64,000 nucleotides of DNA from Candidatus Omnitrophota bacterium (lineage in GTDB: Bacteria; Omnitrophota; Gorgyraeia; Pluralincolimonadales; Pluralincolimonadaceae): NCBI GenBank assembly GCA_028716565.1, contig JAQUPL010000003.1, positions 66,029 through 130,028 on the forward strand, read 5' to 3'. Shown piece after piece: positions 9,610 through 19,927 of this stretch. Positions within the stretch are counted from its first letter, which is position 1; every line of letters starts with the position of its first letter. The position numbers and the translations under genes were made by a program. The notes under the pieces are model-generated. The model saw only the letters and a program-made list of their open reading frames with translations. It was not told where the DNA came from and did not search any database.

Positions 9610-11436
9610 ATGATAAAACAGGAAAACATAAGGAACATAGCCATCATTGCGCACGTCGACCACGGTAAGACTACGCTTGTCGACGCCATATTGAGGCAGA
9701 CGCACGTCCAGCGCAACATCGAGGAGATGGGCGAGTGCATCATGGACTCGATGGACCTGGAGCGCGAACGCGGCATCACGATACGCGCGAAGAACGCGAG
9801 CGTCACCTATAAGGGAGTGAAGATCAACATAGTCGATACTCCGGGCCACGCGGATTTCGGCGGGGAGGTCGAGAGGATCCTGCGCATGGTCGACGGCGTC
9901 CTGCTCCTGGTCGACGCGAAAGACGGCCCTATGCCGCAGACGCGTTTTGTCCTTCGCAAGGCCCTGGAGCTCGGCCTTAAGGCGATAGTGGTCATCAATA
10001 AAGTCGACCTTGCCGACGCGCAGATAGATGACGTGCTCAACAGGACATTCGACCTTTTTGTGGAACTTAACGCGAGCGACAAGCAATTGGATTTCCCGAT
10101 AATTTACGCTTCCGCCATAAGGGGCACCGCGACCGTCGACATGAGGCTCCCCTCGGAAAATATTTCTCCGCTTCTCGATACAATAATCAAGAAGGTAGAC
10201 CCCCCGAGTGTCGATCCGAAGGCGCCTTTACAGATATTGATCCTGGCCCTGCTGGGAGACTTTTATAAAGGGAAGATGGGGATAGGAAAGATCACCGGCG
10301 GCTCGTTAAAGGTCGGCAGCAATGCCGCGCTGATCCGCAAGGACGGCAGTAAAACAGTATCCAAGATCACGGCGATCCTGACATACGAGGGCCTCGAACG
10401 CATCGAACGCGAATCCGCCATAGCCGGAGAGATCGTGGCCGTCGCGGGTTTTAACGATATAGGGATAGGAGATACGATCACCGACCCGGAGAACCCCGTG
10501 CCGCTTACCCCTCCGGAGATAGACGAACCGACGGTCCAGATGACCTTCGGTGTAAATAAAAGCCCGTTCGCCGGAAGGGAAGGCAAGTTCGTCACTTCCC
10601 GCGCGATACGCGACAGGCTTTTCAAGGAGACCGAGACGAATGTCTCGCTCAGGATCAATGAGACTGAGGCCTCGGACACTTTTCTTGTATCCGGGCGCGG
10701 GGAGTTGCATCTCGCGATCCTGGTCGAGCAGATGCGCCGCGAAGGATTCGAGCTCCAGGTATCGCAGCCCGAGGTCATTTACCATGAAAAAGGCGGCATA
10801 AAACAGGAACCCTTCGAATTTTTGGCCATTGAAGTACCTGCGGAGTACCAGGGTTCGGTGATAGAAGAGGTCGGCCGCAGGAAAGGGAAATTAAAGCATG
10901 TCTCGCAGAGCGCGACCGGTTCGCTCCATCTAGAATACCAGATATCCACGCGCGGGATCATAGGGCTCAAGGGCGCGCTTATGACCAAGACACGCGGCAT
11001 GGCGGTCATAAACCACGTCTTCGACGAATATAAACCAGTAGAAGAGGGAGCGTTCAATACGGGCTCGCGCGGCTCGCTGGTCGCTATCGAACCGGGCGTA
11101 TCCACGGCTTATGCTCTGGAGAACGCGCAGCAGCGGGGCGAATTATTTATCGGTCCCAATGTAGAGGTCTATGAGGGGATGATAGTGGGAGAGAACCCGC
11201 GCGGCGAGGACATGCCGCTCAGCCCCTGCAAAATGAAAAAACTTACGAACATGAGGTCTTCCACCTCCGATATCGCGGTCGTGCTTACGCCGCCGAGGGA
11301 GTTGACCCTTGAGCTGGCTATAGAGTATATCGGGCCTGATGAACTTGTTGAAGTCACCCCGAAGAGCATACGCCTGCGCAAGAAGATACTGGATACGCTG
11401 GCCAGGAAACGCGCCGGCAGGGACAATAAGGAGTAG
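9610..11436 (+). CDS. typA: translational GTPase TypA/BipA
   Basis: N-terminus [27 protein letters not shown] and NKVD G-motifs; ~600-aa EF-G-like architecture. Confidence 0.9.
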   Translation: MIKQENIRNIAIIAHVDHGKTTLVDAILRQTHVQRNIEEMGECIMDSMDLERERGITIRAKNASVTYKGVKINIVDTPGHADFGGEVERILRMVDGVLLLVDAKDGPMPQTRFVLRKALELGLKAIVVINKVDLADAQIDDVLNRTFDLFVELNASDKQLDFPIIYASAIRGTATVDMRLPSENISPLLDTIIKKVDPPSVDPKAPLQILILALLGDFYKGKMGIGKITGGSLKVGSNAALIRKDGSKTVSKITAILTYEGLERIERESAIAGEIVAVAGFNDIGIGDTITDPENPVPLTPPEIDEPTVQMTFGVNKSPFAGREGKFVTSRAIRDRLFKETETNVSLRINETEASDTFLVSGRGELHLAILVEQMRREGFELQVSQPEVIYHEKGGIKQEPFEFLAIEVPAEYQGSVIEEVGRRKGKLKHVSQSATGSLHLEYQISTRGIIGLKGALMTKTRGMAVINHVFDEYKPVEEGAFNTGSRGSLVAIEPGVSTAYALENAQQRGELFIGPNVEVYEGMIVGENPRGEDMPLSPCKMKKLTNMRSSTSDIAVVLTPPRELTLELAIEYIGPDELVEVTPKSIRLRKKILDTLARKRAGRDNKE

Positions 11437-11440
11437 AGAG

Positions 11441-11938
11441 ATGGCCGCGAATTTTTCTTTTGATATCGTCTCGGAGATAGACCTGCAGGAAGTCGATAAC
11501 GCCGTAAATCAGGCGAAAAAGGAGCTCTCCCAGAGGTTTGATTTCAGGGGCAGCAAATCCTCCATCGATTATAACCGCGAAGAGAAGAAGATAACCCTTA
11601 TCGCGGACGACGACTTTAAACTGCGCTCCCTCCAGGATATACTTAACGGCAGGATGATAAAACGCAACATCTCGATCAAGGCCCTTACCTATAAGGAGCC
11701 GGAGAAGGCGTTCGAGGGGACGTTCCGCCAGGTGATCGAGCTTGTGAGCGGGTTGGAGCGCGAGAAACAGAAGGAACTGGTGAAAATAATCAGGGACTTA
11801 AACTCCAAGATCCAGACCCAGATAGAAGGCGAAAAGATAAAGGTCTCTTCCCCGAAAAAGGACGACCTTCAGACAGTGATAAGCCACCTGCGCAGCATCG
11901 ATTTTCCCGTCGCCCTGCAATTTACCAATTATCGGTAG
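11441..11938 (+). CDS. yajQ: YajQ family (UPF0234) nucleotide-binding protein
   Basis: MAANFSFDIVSEIDLQEVDNAVNQAKKEL...RFDFRG matches the YajQ N-terminus; the track ORF 11339 is an upstream extension and the true start is the ATG at 11441. Confidence 0.8.
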   Translation: MAANFSFDIVSEIDLQEVDNAVNQAKKELSQRFDFRGSKSSIDYNREEKKITLIADDDFKLRSLQDILNGRMIKRNISIKALTYKEPEKAFEGTFRQVIELVSGLEREKQKELVKIIRDLNSKIQTQIEGEKIKVSSPKKDDLQTVISHLRSIDFPVALQFTNYR

Positions 11939-11981
11939 TGGCAGACAACCCTGTTTTTGTGATATAATTTCATATTACGAC

Positions 11982-12058
11982 GCGCCCGTAGCTCAACTGG
12001 ATAGAGCGTTGGTCTACGGAACCAAAGGTTGGGCGTTCGACCCGCCCCGGGCGCGCCA
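11982..12058 (+). tRNA. tRNA-Arg(ACG)
   Basis: Acceptor GCGCCCG/CGGGCGC, D-arm GCTC-AACTGGATA-GAGC, anticodon loop CTACGGA (ACG), T-arm GGGCG-TTCGACC-CGCCC, encoded CCA. Confidence 0.85.
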
Positions 12059-12071
12059 TTCTTATTTAAAA

Positions 12072-12539
12072 ATGAGCAAGATCGACGAAATATACATGTC
12101 CGAAGCCCTCAAGCAGGCCTACGAGGCGTTCGAGGCCGACGAAGTGCCTGTCGGCGCCGTCATAGTCCACGAGGGGCGGATAATCGCGCGCGCCCACAAC
12201 CAGATAGAGATGCTCAAGGATCCCACCGCGCACGCGGAGATGATAGCCATTACACAGGCCGCCGCGTATCTCAAAAGCGTGCGGTTGCCCGGATGTTCCA
12301 TATATGCTACAATTGAACCGTGTTCGATGTGCGCCGGAGCGCTCGTGCTCGCGCGCGTGAAACATATATATTACGGCGCGAAGGACCCTAAGACAGGGGC
12401 TTGCGGCTCGGTCTTCAATATCGCAGGGGGCAAGAAACTGAACCACAGGGTCAAGGCTACCGGCGGGATCTTGGCCGAGGACTGCGGGTCATTATTGACG
12501 GAATTTTTCAGGAAACAAAGGAAAAAAGGGAAGAAATAG
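12072..12539 (+). CDS. tadA: tRNA adenosine(34) deaminase TadA
   Basis: CDA motifs HAEMIAI and PCSMCAGAL; start chosen at the ATG at 12072 because the longer ORF overlaps the tRNA. Confidence 0.85.
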   Translation: MSKIDEIYMSEALKQAYEAFEADEVPVGAVIVHEGRIIARAHNQIEMLKDPTAHAEMIAITQAAAYLKSVRLPGCSIYATIEPCSMCAGALVLARVKHIYYGAKDPKTGACGSVFNIAGGKKLNHRVKATGGILAEDCGSLLTEFFRKQRKKGKK

Positions 12540-12602
12540 CTTGCGCTATCCCTCGGGACATACCCTCGGGATCCGCTGCGCTTCCTCCAAAATTTAGCTT
12601 GC

Positions 12603-12694
12603 GGAGAGGTGGCTGAGTGGCCGAAAGCAGTCGCCTGCTAAGCGATTGACCCGCGAAAGTGGGTCCCTGGGTTCGAATCCCAGCCTCTCCGCCA
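12603..12694 (+). tRNA. tRNA-Ser(GCU)
   Basis: Acceptor GGAGAGG/CCTCTCC, anticodon loop CTGCTAA (GCT), long variable arm, T-arm CTGGG-TTCGAAT-CCCAG, encoded CCA. Confidence 0.85.
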
Positions 12695-12784
12695 GTTTTT
12701 GAAGTGAACCGTCCGACGAGAACAGGTGGCGGTTTTGATCTGAGTTGTCATGGACGCGAACCCTAAAGATAATAGGAATCAGCG

Positions 12785-13546
12785 ATGAAGCAGTGGTACG
12801 AGTCATTATTTGAAAATTACGCCAAGAAATACGACAAGGAATGCTTTGTCCAGGGGACTGTTGGCGAATGTGATTTTATCGAGCAGGAAATAAGCCGGGA
12901 TAAATCGCTAAAGATCATCGACATCGGTTGCGGCACTGGTCGCCATTCGATCGAATTGACAAAAAGAGGATATAGCGTAACTGGTGTTGATTTATCCGAG
13001 TCACAGCTTATAAGGGCAAAGGAAAAAGCAAAAGAACTTGATCTGAACATTGATTTTCAGAAACATGACGCCAGAAACCTTCCCTTTGAAGGCGAGTTCG
13101 ATCTGGCGATCATGCTCTGCGAGGGTGGTTTTTCTTTAATGGAAACGGATGAGATGAATTTTGAAATATTAAAGAACGCGACAAAGGCGTTAAAAGATAA
13201 AGGCAAGTTTATATTCACGACATTGAACGGGTTATTTCCGCTTTTTCATTCCGTCAAAGAATTTTATGAGTCCGAGGCCAAAGAAGGCAATTCAGCGTGT
13301 AAAAATTGTTCTTTCGATCTGATGACGTTCCGGGACCACAACACCGTCGTGTTCGAGGACGATGCGGGAGCTAAAAAGGAATTAACCTGTAACGAGCGCT
13401 ACTATGTGCCAAGTGAACTCACATGGCTTTTAAAGACGCTGGGGTATAAAAAGATCGATATTTTCGGCGCCAAGCTCGGGGCGTACTCAAGAAACGACAA
13501 GCTGACGACAGGGGATTTTGAGATGCTTGTTATTTCTCAAAAGTAG
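12785..13546 (+). CDS. class I SAM-dependent methyltransferase
   Basis: Motif I IIDIGCGTGRHSIEL; acidic residue after beta-2 (VTGVDLS). Confidence 0.65.
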   Translation: MKQWYESLFENYAKKYDKECFVQGTVGECDFIEQEISRDKSLKIIDIGCGTGRHSIELTKRGYSVTGVDLSESQLIRAKEKAKELDLNIDFQKHDARNLPFEGEFDLAIMLCEGGFSLMETDEMNFEILKNATKALKDKGKFIFTTLNGLFPLFHSVKEFYESEAKEGNSACKNCSFDLMTFRDHNTVVFEDDAGAKKELTCNERYYVPSELTWLLKTLGYKKIDIFGAKLGAYSRNDKLTTGDFEMLVISQK

Positions 13547-13752
13547 AGATTATTGTTCCGTAAGCATCAATGAAAAGAAGCAAAACAAGAGGCATTTAAG
13601 ATATTTCTTTGGAAATTAATTATTGATGGGGCAGTCTAATGATATTTTCCAGCCCATGCTTCGCTTGCGGTAGATTTTTATAAGTAACTGTATTTCAGGT
13701 AGTTGTAGGGTTCGCATTTCGTCCACGACTACCCGCCAGTTTTGAGGATCAA

Positions 13753-15231
13753 ATGAAAAATTACGCATTCTGCAACACCTGCAAGGATGTAGTTCCGGTA
13801 GAGCACGTCGAAAAGGACGGCAAGGTCTACCTCCGGAAAAGCTGCCCCAAGTGCGGCACCGAAGAATACCTTATCTCCAGCGACGCAGGCCTCTATAACA
13901 AAAAACGCGATTTCATGAGCATCGAATGCGGCGCCTGCGCGCTCAATTGCCCGTCATGCAACAAGCACAAAGAACCGGACATCGTATTCATAGACACGAC
14001 CAACCGCTGCAACATGAATTGCCATATCTGCCTAAACAACGTCCTTTCGATGGGGTTCAAGTTCGAGCCGAGGATGGAATATTTCGACAGGATATTCAAG
14101 CATTACGCCCACCGCGACCCGAAACCCTACATACAATTATTCGGCGGCGAGCCGACGATGAGGAACGACCTCTTCGATATAATAAAGCTCGGCAAGTCAT
14201 ACGGCTACTCGATGAGGGTGGTCACCAACGGGCTCAAGCTTGCCGACGAGGAATATTGCAACAAGCTTGCCGACCTCGGCGCGATGATAAACATCGCTTT
14301 TGACGGCCTCAACCGCGAGATGTACACGAAACTGCGCGGGCATCCCGAGGCGCTCGACCTGAAATTAAAGGCTCTTGGGAACCTCGCCAAGCGAAAGAAG
14401 GCCAAGGTCGTCCTGATGAGCGTCGTAGATAAAGAACTGAACAAGAACGACATGGGCGAGTTCCTCAGTTACAGTCTTAAGAACCAGCATGTCATCAGGG
14501 GCATATATTTTATGCCTTTGATACACATGTGGGACGCTAAACAGCTCGATTACGACCCGGAGAGGACAACGCACGAGGATGTCGAGCATATGGTCGAGGA
14601 CGCGGTCGCCGGAGGTAATGTCGAGTTCGTGCCGCTCGGCTCGCTCTTCCTGACGAACCTCTACAAGATCTACGGTATCAAGAATATGCCTTTCCTCGGG
14701 GTCCATCCGAACTGCGAAAGCATAACTTATCTTATATCGGACGGCGAGAAATACGTATCTTTCTCGAAGTATCTCAAGACGTCGCTCTTCGCCCTCATAA
14801 ACGACCTCAGGGCGCTTGAGAAGTTCGCCGCGGGAAAATATAAAGGCGGCAAAGCCGGCTTCTCCGGGAAACTGGCCCTGGACATGAAACTTTTTAATAT
14901 TTTCAGGAAACACCTTAATTTCGGCGCTATCGTAGGGAAAAAGGGCCCGGCGGCTTATATCAAATGGGCCGGGATGATAGGGAAGCTGCTGACAGGGAAG
15001 AAGGCGAAAGAGGTATTAAAGAACGACACCAAACTAAAAGGCGTCCTGCAGATAATGATCCTGCCGTTCGAGGATTCCAAGACGACAGAATCGGAGAGGC
15101 TCTCGATGTGTTCCTCGTGTTTTGTTTATGTCGACCCGGACACAGATAAGATCAGGACACTGCCCACCTGCACGTGGGAAAAATACAAGAAACCCATCAT
15201 GAAGAAGGTCGCCGAGAAGTTCAATGTTTAA
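13753..15231 (+). CDS. radical SAM protein with N-terminal Cys4 zinc-ribbon (paralog 1)
   Basis: CNTCKD...CPKCG zinc ribbon, a second Cys cluster (CGACALNCPSC), radical SAM CNMNCHIC and a glycine-rich SAM motif (LFGGEPT). Confidence 0.65.
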   Translation: MKNYAFCNTCKDVVPVEHVEKDGKVYLRKSCPKCGTEEYLISSDAGLYNKKRDFMSIECGACALNCPSCNKHKEPDIVFIDTTNRCNMNCHICLNNVLSMGFKFEPRMEYFDRIFKHYAHRDPKPYIQLFGGEPTMRNDLFDIIKLGKSYGYSMRVVTNGLKLADEEYCNKLADLGAMINIAFDGLNREMYTKLRGHPEALDLKLKALGNLAKRKKAKVVLMSVVDKELNKNDMGEFLSYSLKNQHVIRGIYFMPLIHMWDAKQLDYDPERTTHEDVEHMVEDAVAGGNVEFVPLGSLFLTNLYKIYGIKNMPFLGVHPNCESITYLISDGEKYVSFSKYLKTSLFALINDLRALEKFAAGKYKGGKAGFSGKLALDMKLFNIFRKHLNFGAIVGKKGPAAYIKWAGMIGKLLTGKKAKEVLKNDTKLKGVLQIMILPFEDSKTTESERLSMCSSCFVYVDPDTDKIRTLPTCTWEKYKKPIMKKVAEKFNV

Positions 15232-16690
15232 TAGGACCGTAAAGACTATATGCCCCGCCTGCAACAAGGACCTCGACGGGAAGTATTACGAGGAGGACGG
15301 CAAGATCCTTCTCGAAAAGATATGCAGCGAACACGGTAAGGTGGTCGACCTCGTCTCTTCCGACGCAGAGATCTTCAAGGATAAGATCAGCCTCTTCGAC
15401 CATCTTAAAGATTACGGCTGCGGCATCCCCAAATGCCGCGAGGGTGTCTTTAAATGCGCGGTCCACCAAATGCGCAAATCCGAGCTGTCATTCATCGAGA
15501 TAACCACCCGCTGTAACATGAAGTGCCCGGTCTGTTACGCCGATGCCGATTCCAAAGGCAAAGACGTCCCGTATGACGACATCGTGCGCATGCTCGAGAC
15601 GATAGCGAAAGAAGACAAGGATACCCACGTCATACTGACAGGCGGCGAGCCGACGATACATCCGGATTTTTTTAAGATAGTCCAAAAAGTGACAGAGCTC
15701 GGGCTCCTGAGGCGTACCTTCATTGCTACAAATTGCATAACAATTGCTAATAAAGATTTTTGTAAAAAGGTATACGACGCCGGAATAAGGAAATTCTACT
15801 TAGCCTTCGACGGGACCGACCCGGAGGCCTGTATAAAATTAAGGGGAAGCCTTATCGCGTACGAATCCGTGCGCAAGGCGCTGCAGAATATCCGCGAGTT
15901 GGGCAAGGCATGGATAATACTTTCGTTTACCACATCGAAAGAATGGAACCTTAACAATCTTCCGGAAGCGATAAAGTTCGCGATGGACAACCAGGACGTC
16001 GTCAAGCGCGTTATGGTGACGACCGAGTGTTATTCCGGCCGCGTTACTGATATAAAGGACCTGGTCAATAAAAGGCTTACCGGCGACTGCGTGGAAAAAT
16101 TCCTCTGCGAAAAGATCGGAGCGAAGGCGATCACTTTTCCGCTCGCTGCCATTTATATTTTGATGAAACCGCTTAAATACGCGGGACTAATAGATGCGGG
16201 TAAATCGGCCTCATCGAATTTCAGCCCGATGTGCGGGCAGATGGGCATGATAATTTCGGAAAAAGGCAAATTATATTCGATGGTCGACCTCGTGGTGAAC
16301 GACCCGCGCAAAAATATTTACAAATGCGGAAGGGAGATAGACGCGCTCGCGGAAAAGATGGAAAAAGCAAACCGCCTGGCGGTATTCCTCTGGTACCTGC
16401 CGGCATATTTCTTCACTTTATTAAAATACATCAACAAGAAATTCCTTTTAAAGGCGATCGGGGCTTCGATCGCGTGCGGATTCAACTCCAAGAAGATCGC
16501 GAAGGCCATCCTCGGGGAAAAAAGAGTGGAACTTTATTACCTTTTGGGTTCGGATAAATATAATTTCGTTTGGGACAGGATGCCGTACTGCGCGACCCAC
16601 CATTACCGCATCCACCCGACGACAAAAGAGATCATAAAAGTCCCCGGATGCCTTGTTTTCGCCTTCAGGGAAGAGCTCCAAAATTATTAA
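15224..16690 (+). CDS. radical SAM protein with N-terminal Cys4 zinc-ribbon (paralog 2)
   Basis: CPACNK...CSEHG zinc ribbon, radical SAM CNMKCPVC and LTGGEPT; same architecture as the upstream gene and overlaps its end by 8 nt. Confidence 0.65.
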   Translation: MFNRTVKTICPACNKDLDGKYYEEDGKILLEKICSEHGKVVDLVSSDAEIFKDKISLFDHLKDYGCGIPKCREGVFKCAVHQMRKSELSFIEITTRCNMKCPVCYADADSKGKDVPYDDIVRMLETIAKEDKDTHVILTGGEPTIHPDFFKIVQKVTELGLLRRTFIATNCITIANKDFCKKVYDAGIRKFYLAFDGTDPEACIKLRGSLIAYESVRKALQNIRELGKAWIILSFTTSKEWNLNNLPEAIKFAMDNQDVVKRVMVTTECYSGRVTDIKDLVNKRLTGDCVEKFLCEKIGAKAITFPLAAIYILMKPLKYAGLIDAGKSASSNFSPMCGQMGMIISEKGKLYSMVDLVVNDPRKNIYKCGREIDALAEKMEKANRLAVFLWYLPAYFFTLLKYINKKFLLKAIGASIACGFNSKKIAKAILGEKRVELYYLLGSDKYNFVWDRMPYCATHHYRIHPTTKEIIKVPGCLVFAFREELQNY

Positions 16691-16756
16691 TTGACTAATC
16701 TATTTATTAGGATTACAATTTAGGCTGTTACTTGTCATCATAAGGAAATTATTTTA

Positions 16757-18424
16757 ATGTCTTATATAGTCTTCGCACGCAAATGGCGGCCGAAAGACTT
16801 CGATAGCGTCCTTGGTCAAGAGCATGTCACGACCACCCTCAGGAACGCGATAGCCCAGAACAGGGTCGCCCACGCGTACATCTTTTCCGGCCCTCGAGGT
16901 GTAGGAAAAACTACTACCGCGCGCATATTCGCCATGGCCCTGAACTGCAAGAACGGGCCCACGAAGGAGCCGTGCGGCGCCTGCGACTCCTGCAAGGAGA
17001 TATCGAACGGCACGAACCTCGATGTCATCGAGATAGACGGCGCCTCGAACCGCGGCATCGACGAGGTCCGCGCCCTGCGCGAAAATATCAAGTTTGCCCC
17101 GACCCGCGGCAAATATAAAGTCTACATCATCGACGAAGTCCATATGCTCACCGAGGAGGCCTTCAACGCCCTGTTGAAGACGCTCGAGGAGCCGCCGGCG
17201 CACGCGATATTCATCTTCGCGACGACGCGCCCGTATAAAGTCCCCTCGACGATATTGTCACGCTGCCAGAGATTTGACTTCAAGCGCCTTACCGTAAACG
17301 AGATCACAGGAAAACTTAAAGAGATAGCAAAGAGCGAGAAGCTCGAGATAGAGGAAGAGGCGCTTTACACTGTTGCGCGCGCCGCCGAAGGCGCAATGCG
17401 CGACGCGGAATCGATGCTCGACCAGCTCGTATCTTTCTGCGGGAAGAAGATAGACGCGGAGAGCGCCACCGCCGTATCCGGGACGGTGGGCCATGAGGTC
17501 CTCTTCGATTTCACCGAGAAGGTGATAAATAAAGATACGGCCGGGATATTGAAACTCGTAGACAGCGTGATCGCCAGCGGCAAAGATATCCCGCAGTTCG
17601 TGAATTCCCTGGTCGTGCATTTCAGGAATATATTGATCGCCAGGACTTCCGACGACCCTGAGGGGCTTATAGACCTCCCTAAAGAGATGATCGGCAGGCT
17701 GGCCGTCCAGGCGAAGTCTTTTTCCAACGAGACGCTGCTTTACATCCTCACGGTCCTGATGGGCGCGCAGGATTCGGTAAGGCGCGCGATATCGCAGAGG
17801 ATCCCGCTCGAACTCGCGGCGATCCGCCTTACCCGTCGCGACGACCTGGTCTCGCTTACCTCGATGCTGGACAGGATCGAACAACTTGAGAAGAAGCTGG
17901 GGAGCGGGGCCGGTAAACCCGAATCGAAAGCAGCGCCGCAGCCGCAGCATAAAGGCGAAAAGATATCCGAACCGGCCAAAGACGCGGAAAAGAAAGAGCA
18001 TTTTGATGTAGAAGTAGAGGTCGAGGCCACGGGACTTTCATTCGAAAGGATATGTGAAGTCTGGCCGAACCTCCTGCGCGAGATCCTTTCGAAGAAGATG
18101 TCGCTCGCCTTATTCCTCCAGCCCGGACAGCCGCTGAAACTCCAGGACAGCGTCCTTACAATAGCTTTTTCCAGGGAACACGTGTTCCACAAGGAGGCGC
18201 TTGAGACGAACGGCAACAGGAAGATGATAGAGAACGCCTTGAGCGGTATCCTGAAGCATAATGTGAGGATCGACATGAAGGTAGTCGAGGCGCTTGAGAA
18301 GAAAGTTTCGGTAGAAGACCTCCTGCAGGAAGAGCGCCAGGAAGAGACCCACGAAGTCGTGAAGTCCGCGCTCGAGATATTCGGCGGAAACCTCAAAAGA
18401 AACGATGCGTCACACCTGACATAA
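16757..18424 (+). CDS. dnaX: DNA polymerase III subunit gamma/tau
   Basis: MSYIVFARKWRPKDFDSVLGQEHV, Walker A GPRGVGKTT, zinc module CGACDSC, DEVHML. Confidence 0.85.
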   Translation: MSYIVFARKWRPKDFDSVLGQEHVTTTLRNAIAQNRVAHAYIFSGPRGVGKTTTARIFAMALNCKNGPTKEPCGACDSCKEISNGTNLDVIEIDGASNRGIDEVRALRENIKFAPTRGKYKVYIIDEVHMLTEEAFNALLKTLEEPPAHAIFIFATTRPYKVPSTILSRCQRFDFKRLTVNEITGKLKEIAKSEKLEIEEEALYTVARAAEGAMRDAESMLDQLVSFCGKKIDAESATAVSGTVGHEVLFDFTEKVINKDTAGILKLVDSVIASGKDIPQFVNSLVVHFRNILIARTSDDPEGLIDLPKEMIGRLAVQAKSFSNETLLYILTVLMGAQDSVRRAISQRIPLELAAIRLTRRDDLVSLTSMLDRIEQLEKKLGSGAGKPESKAAPQPQHKGEKISEPAKDAEKKEHFDVEVEVEATGLSFERICEVWPNLLREILSKKMSLALFLQPGQPLKLQDSVLTIAFSREHVFHKEALETNGNRKMIENALSGILKHNVRIDMKVVEALEKKVSVEDLLQEERQEETHEVVKSALEIFGGNLKRNDASHLT

Positions 18425-18456
18425 TCTAACGCATCCCGCTAAATCAAGGTAATCAC

Positions 18457-19059
18457 ATGCCCGGTTACACCAGGACTATGGAAAAATTGATATCCGAGTT
18501 TACTAAACTGCCCGGTATCGGCCAGAAATCCGCGGAACGCATCGTCATGCATATCCTCAAATCCCCCCGCGAGAACGCGGCCGCCCTCTCCGAAGCGATA
18601 ATAAAACTCAAAGATACCATCGTTTTCTGCAAAAGCTGTTTTAATTTAAGCGAAAGCGATACCTGCCACATCTGCGGCGACCCGATGCGCGATAAAACGA
18701 AGATACTGGTGGTGGAAAGCCCCAAGGACATCCTCGCCATAGAAAAGAGCGGGGCATACAGGGGCCTATACCACGTCCTCCTGGGAGCTATCTCGCCCCT
18801 GGACGGGATAGGGCCGGATGAGCTTAAAATAAAGGAGCTTATGCGCCGCGTAAAGTCGGATAAGATAAAGGAAGTGATCCTCGCGACCGATGCCGATACC
18901 GAGGGCGAGACGACAGCCCTGTATATTTCGCAACTCCTTAGGAATCAAGGCGTTAAGACGACTCGCATAGCCTACGGCCTGCCTGTGGGATCCCATCTCG
19001 AATACGCCGACCAGGCGACCCTCGCCAGGGCGCTCGAAGGCCGGAATCAAATTTCTTGA
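18457..19059 (+). CDS. recR: recombination protein RecR
   Basis: HhH KLPGIGQKSAERI, zinc finger C-x2-C...C-x2-C, Toprim region; a start at 18478 is an alternative. Confidence 0.9.
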   Translation: MPGYTRTMEKLISEFTKLPGIGQKSAERIVMHILKSPRENAAALSEAIIKLKDTIVFCKSCFNLSESDTCHICGDPMRDKTKILVVESPKDILAIEKSGAYRGLYHVLLGAISPLDGIGPDELKIKELMRRVKSDKIKEVILATDADTEGETTALYISQLLRNQGVKTTRIAYGLPVGSHLEYADQATLARALEGRNQIS

Positions 19060-19126
19060 CACAAACCCCCGCCTCTGGTAAAATTTAGTCCTAACCTACC
19101 CGTTTTCATCCAATAAGGAGGCCTTT

Positions 19127-19927
19127 TTGAGGGTCATTAGGGCGGTTGGCCAGGGTTTAAGCATAACCCACAGGGGATGGCCTATAATAGCGGTTATTTT
19201 TATCTTTTACGCAGCCGTTAGGTTCTTTGCGGCCCCGAACGACGCCATCCCTCCTTATATGAAAAAAATGGGGGATTGGGGAGCTACCGTAGTCATCTTC
19301 GCGGCGCTGGTGCTGGGCTTCAACTATCTTCTCGCGGGCGCGCAGATATTCGCGAGGGACGCGATAAGAGAGAGGCGTTTCGGGTTTAATGGGTTCTTCG
19401 GGAATTGCAGCAGGTTTTTCCTGGGGCAACTCGGCGTAAGCGCGGTCCTATGGATACCGGCGTGGATATTGGCGCTCGTGATGGCCGTCCTGATGGGCGG
19501 GGCCATGATGGAATCGAAGCTATATCCGTTGACCGCGGCAGTCCTCGGGGCCTTCTCGGCCGTCGTGGCGCTCCTGCTCGCGGTATTTTACGCCCTTATC
19601 TGCTTGTCGTGGGCGATAACCGCGGCTGACGGCAGGGGCATTTTCAGGAGCATATGGAGGAGCGTCATCTTCTGCGGAGAAAGATTTTTCAGCGTATTCG
19701 GCCTCCTGATACTGTTCTTTGTTTTGATGATCGTTATCTCCCTGGTCGTATGGATAGCTTACGCGTTCGTGGTACAGGGCCTCAGGCGTTTGGGGCTTGA
19801 CGGCCATATAATAATTTTACGCGAGGTCACCGGCTGCATGCTGAACGCCTATTTTTTCTTGTTCCTGACCTCGACGTTAATGTCGTATTACTTAAACAAC
19901 AGGAAGGAAGATGAAAGGTATAACTGA
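19127..19927 (+). CDS. hypothetical polytopic membrane protein
   Basis: TTG start with AAGGAGG RBS; five to six predicted TM helices; possible TTGACA-N17-TAAAAT promoter at 19056-19090. Confidence 0.4.
   Translation: MRVIRAVGQGLSITHRGWPIIAVIFIFYAAVRFFAAPNDAIPPYMKKMGDWGATVVIFAALVLGFNYLLAGAQIFARDAIRERRFGFNGFFGNCSRFFLGQLGVSAVLWIPAWILALVMAVLMGGAMMESKLYPLTAAVLGAFSAVVALLLAVFYALICLSWAITAADGRGIFRSIWRSVIFCGERFFSVFGLLILFFVLMIVISLVVWIAYAFVVQGLRRLGLDGHIIILREVTGCMLNAYFFLFLTSTLMSYYLNNRKEDERYN

Noticed and set aside
13547-13752. Possible riboswitch (SAM or cobalamin) in the leader of the radical-SAM pair
   Set aside because: No recognisable SAM-I or B12-box core sequence by eye; kept only as a structured leader or possible attenuator in the related finding.
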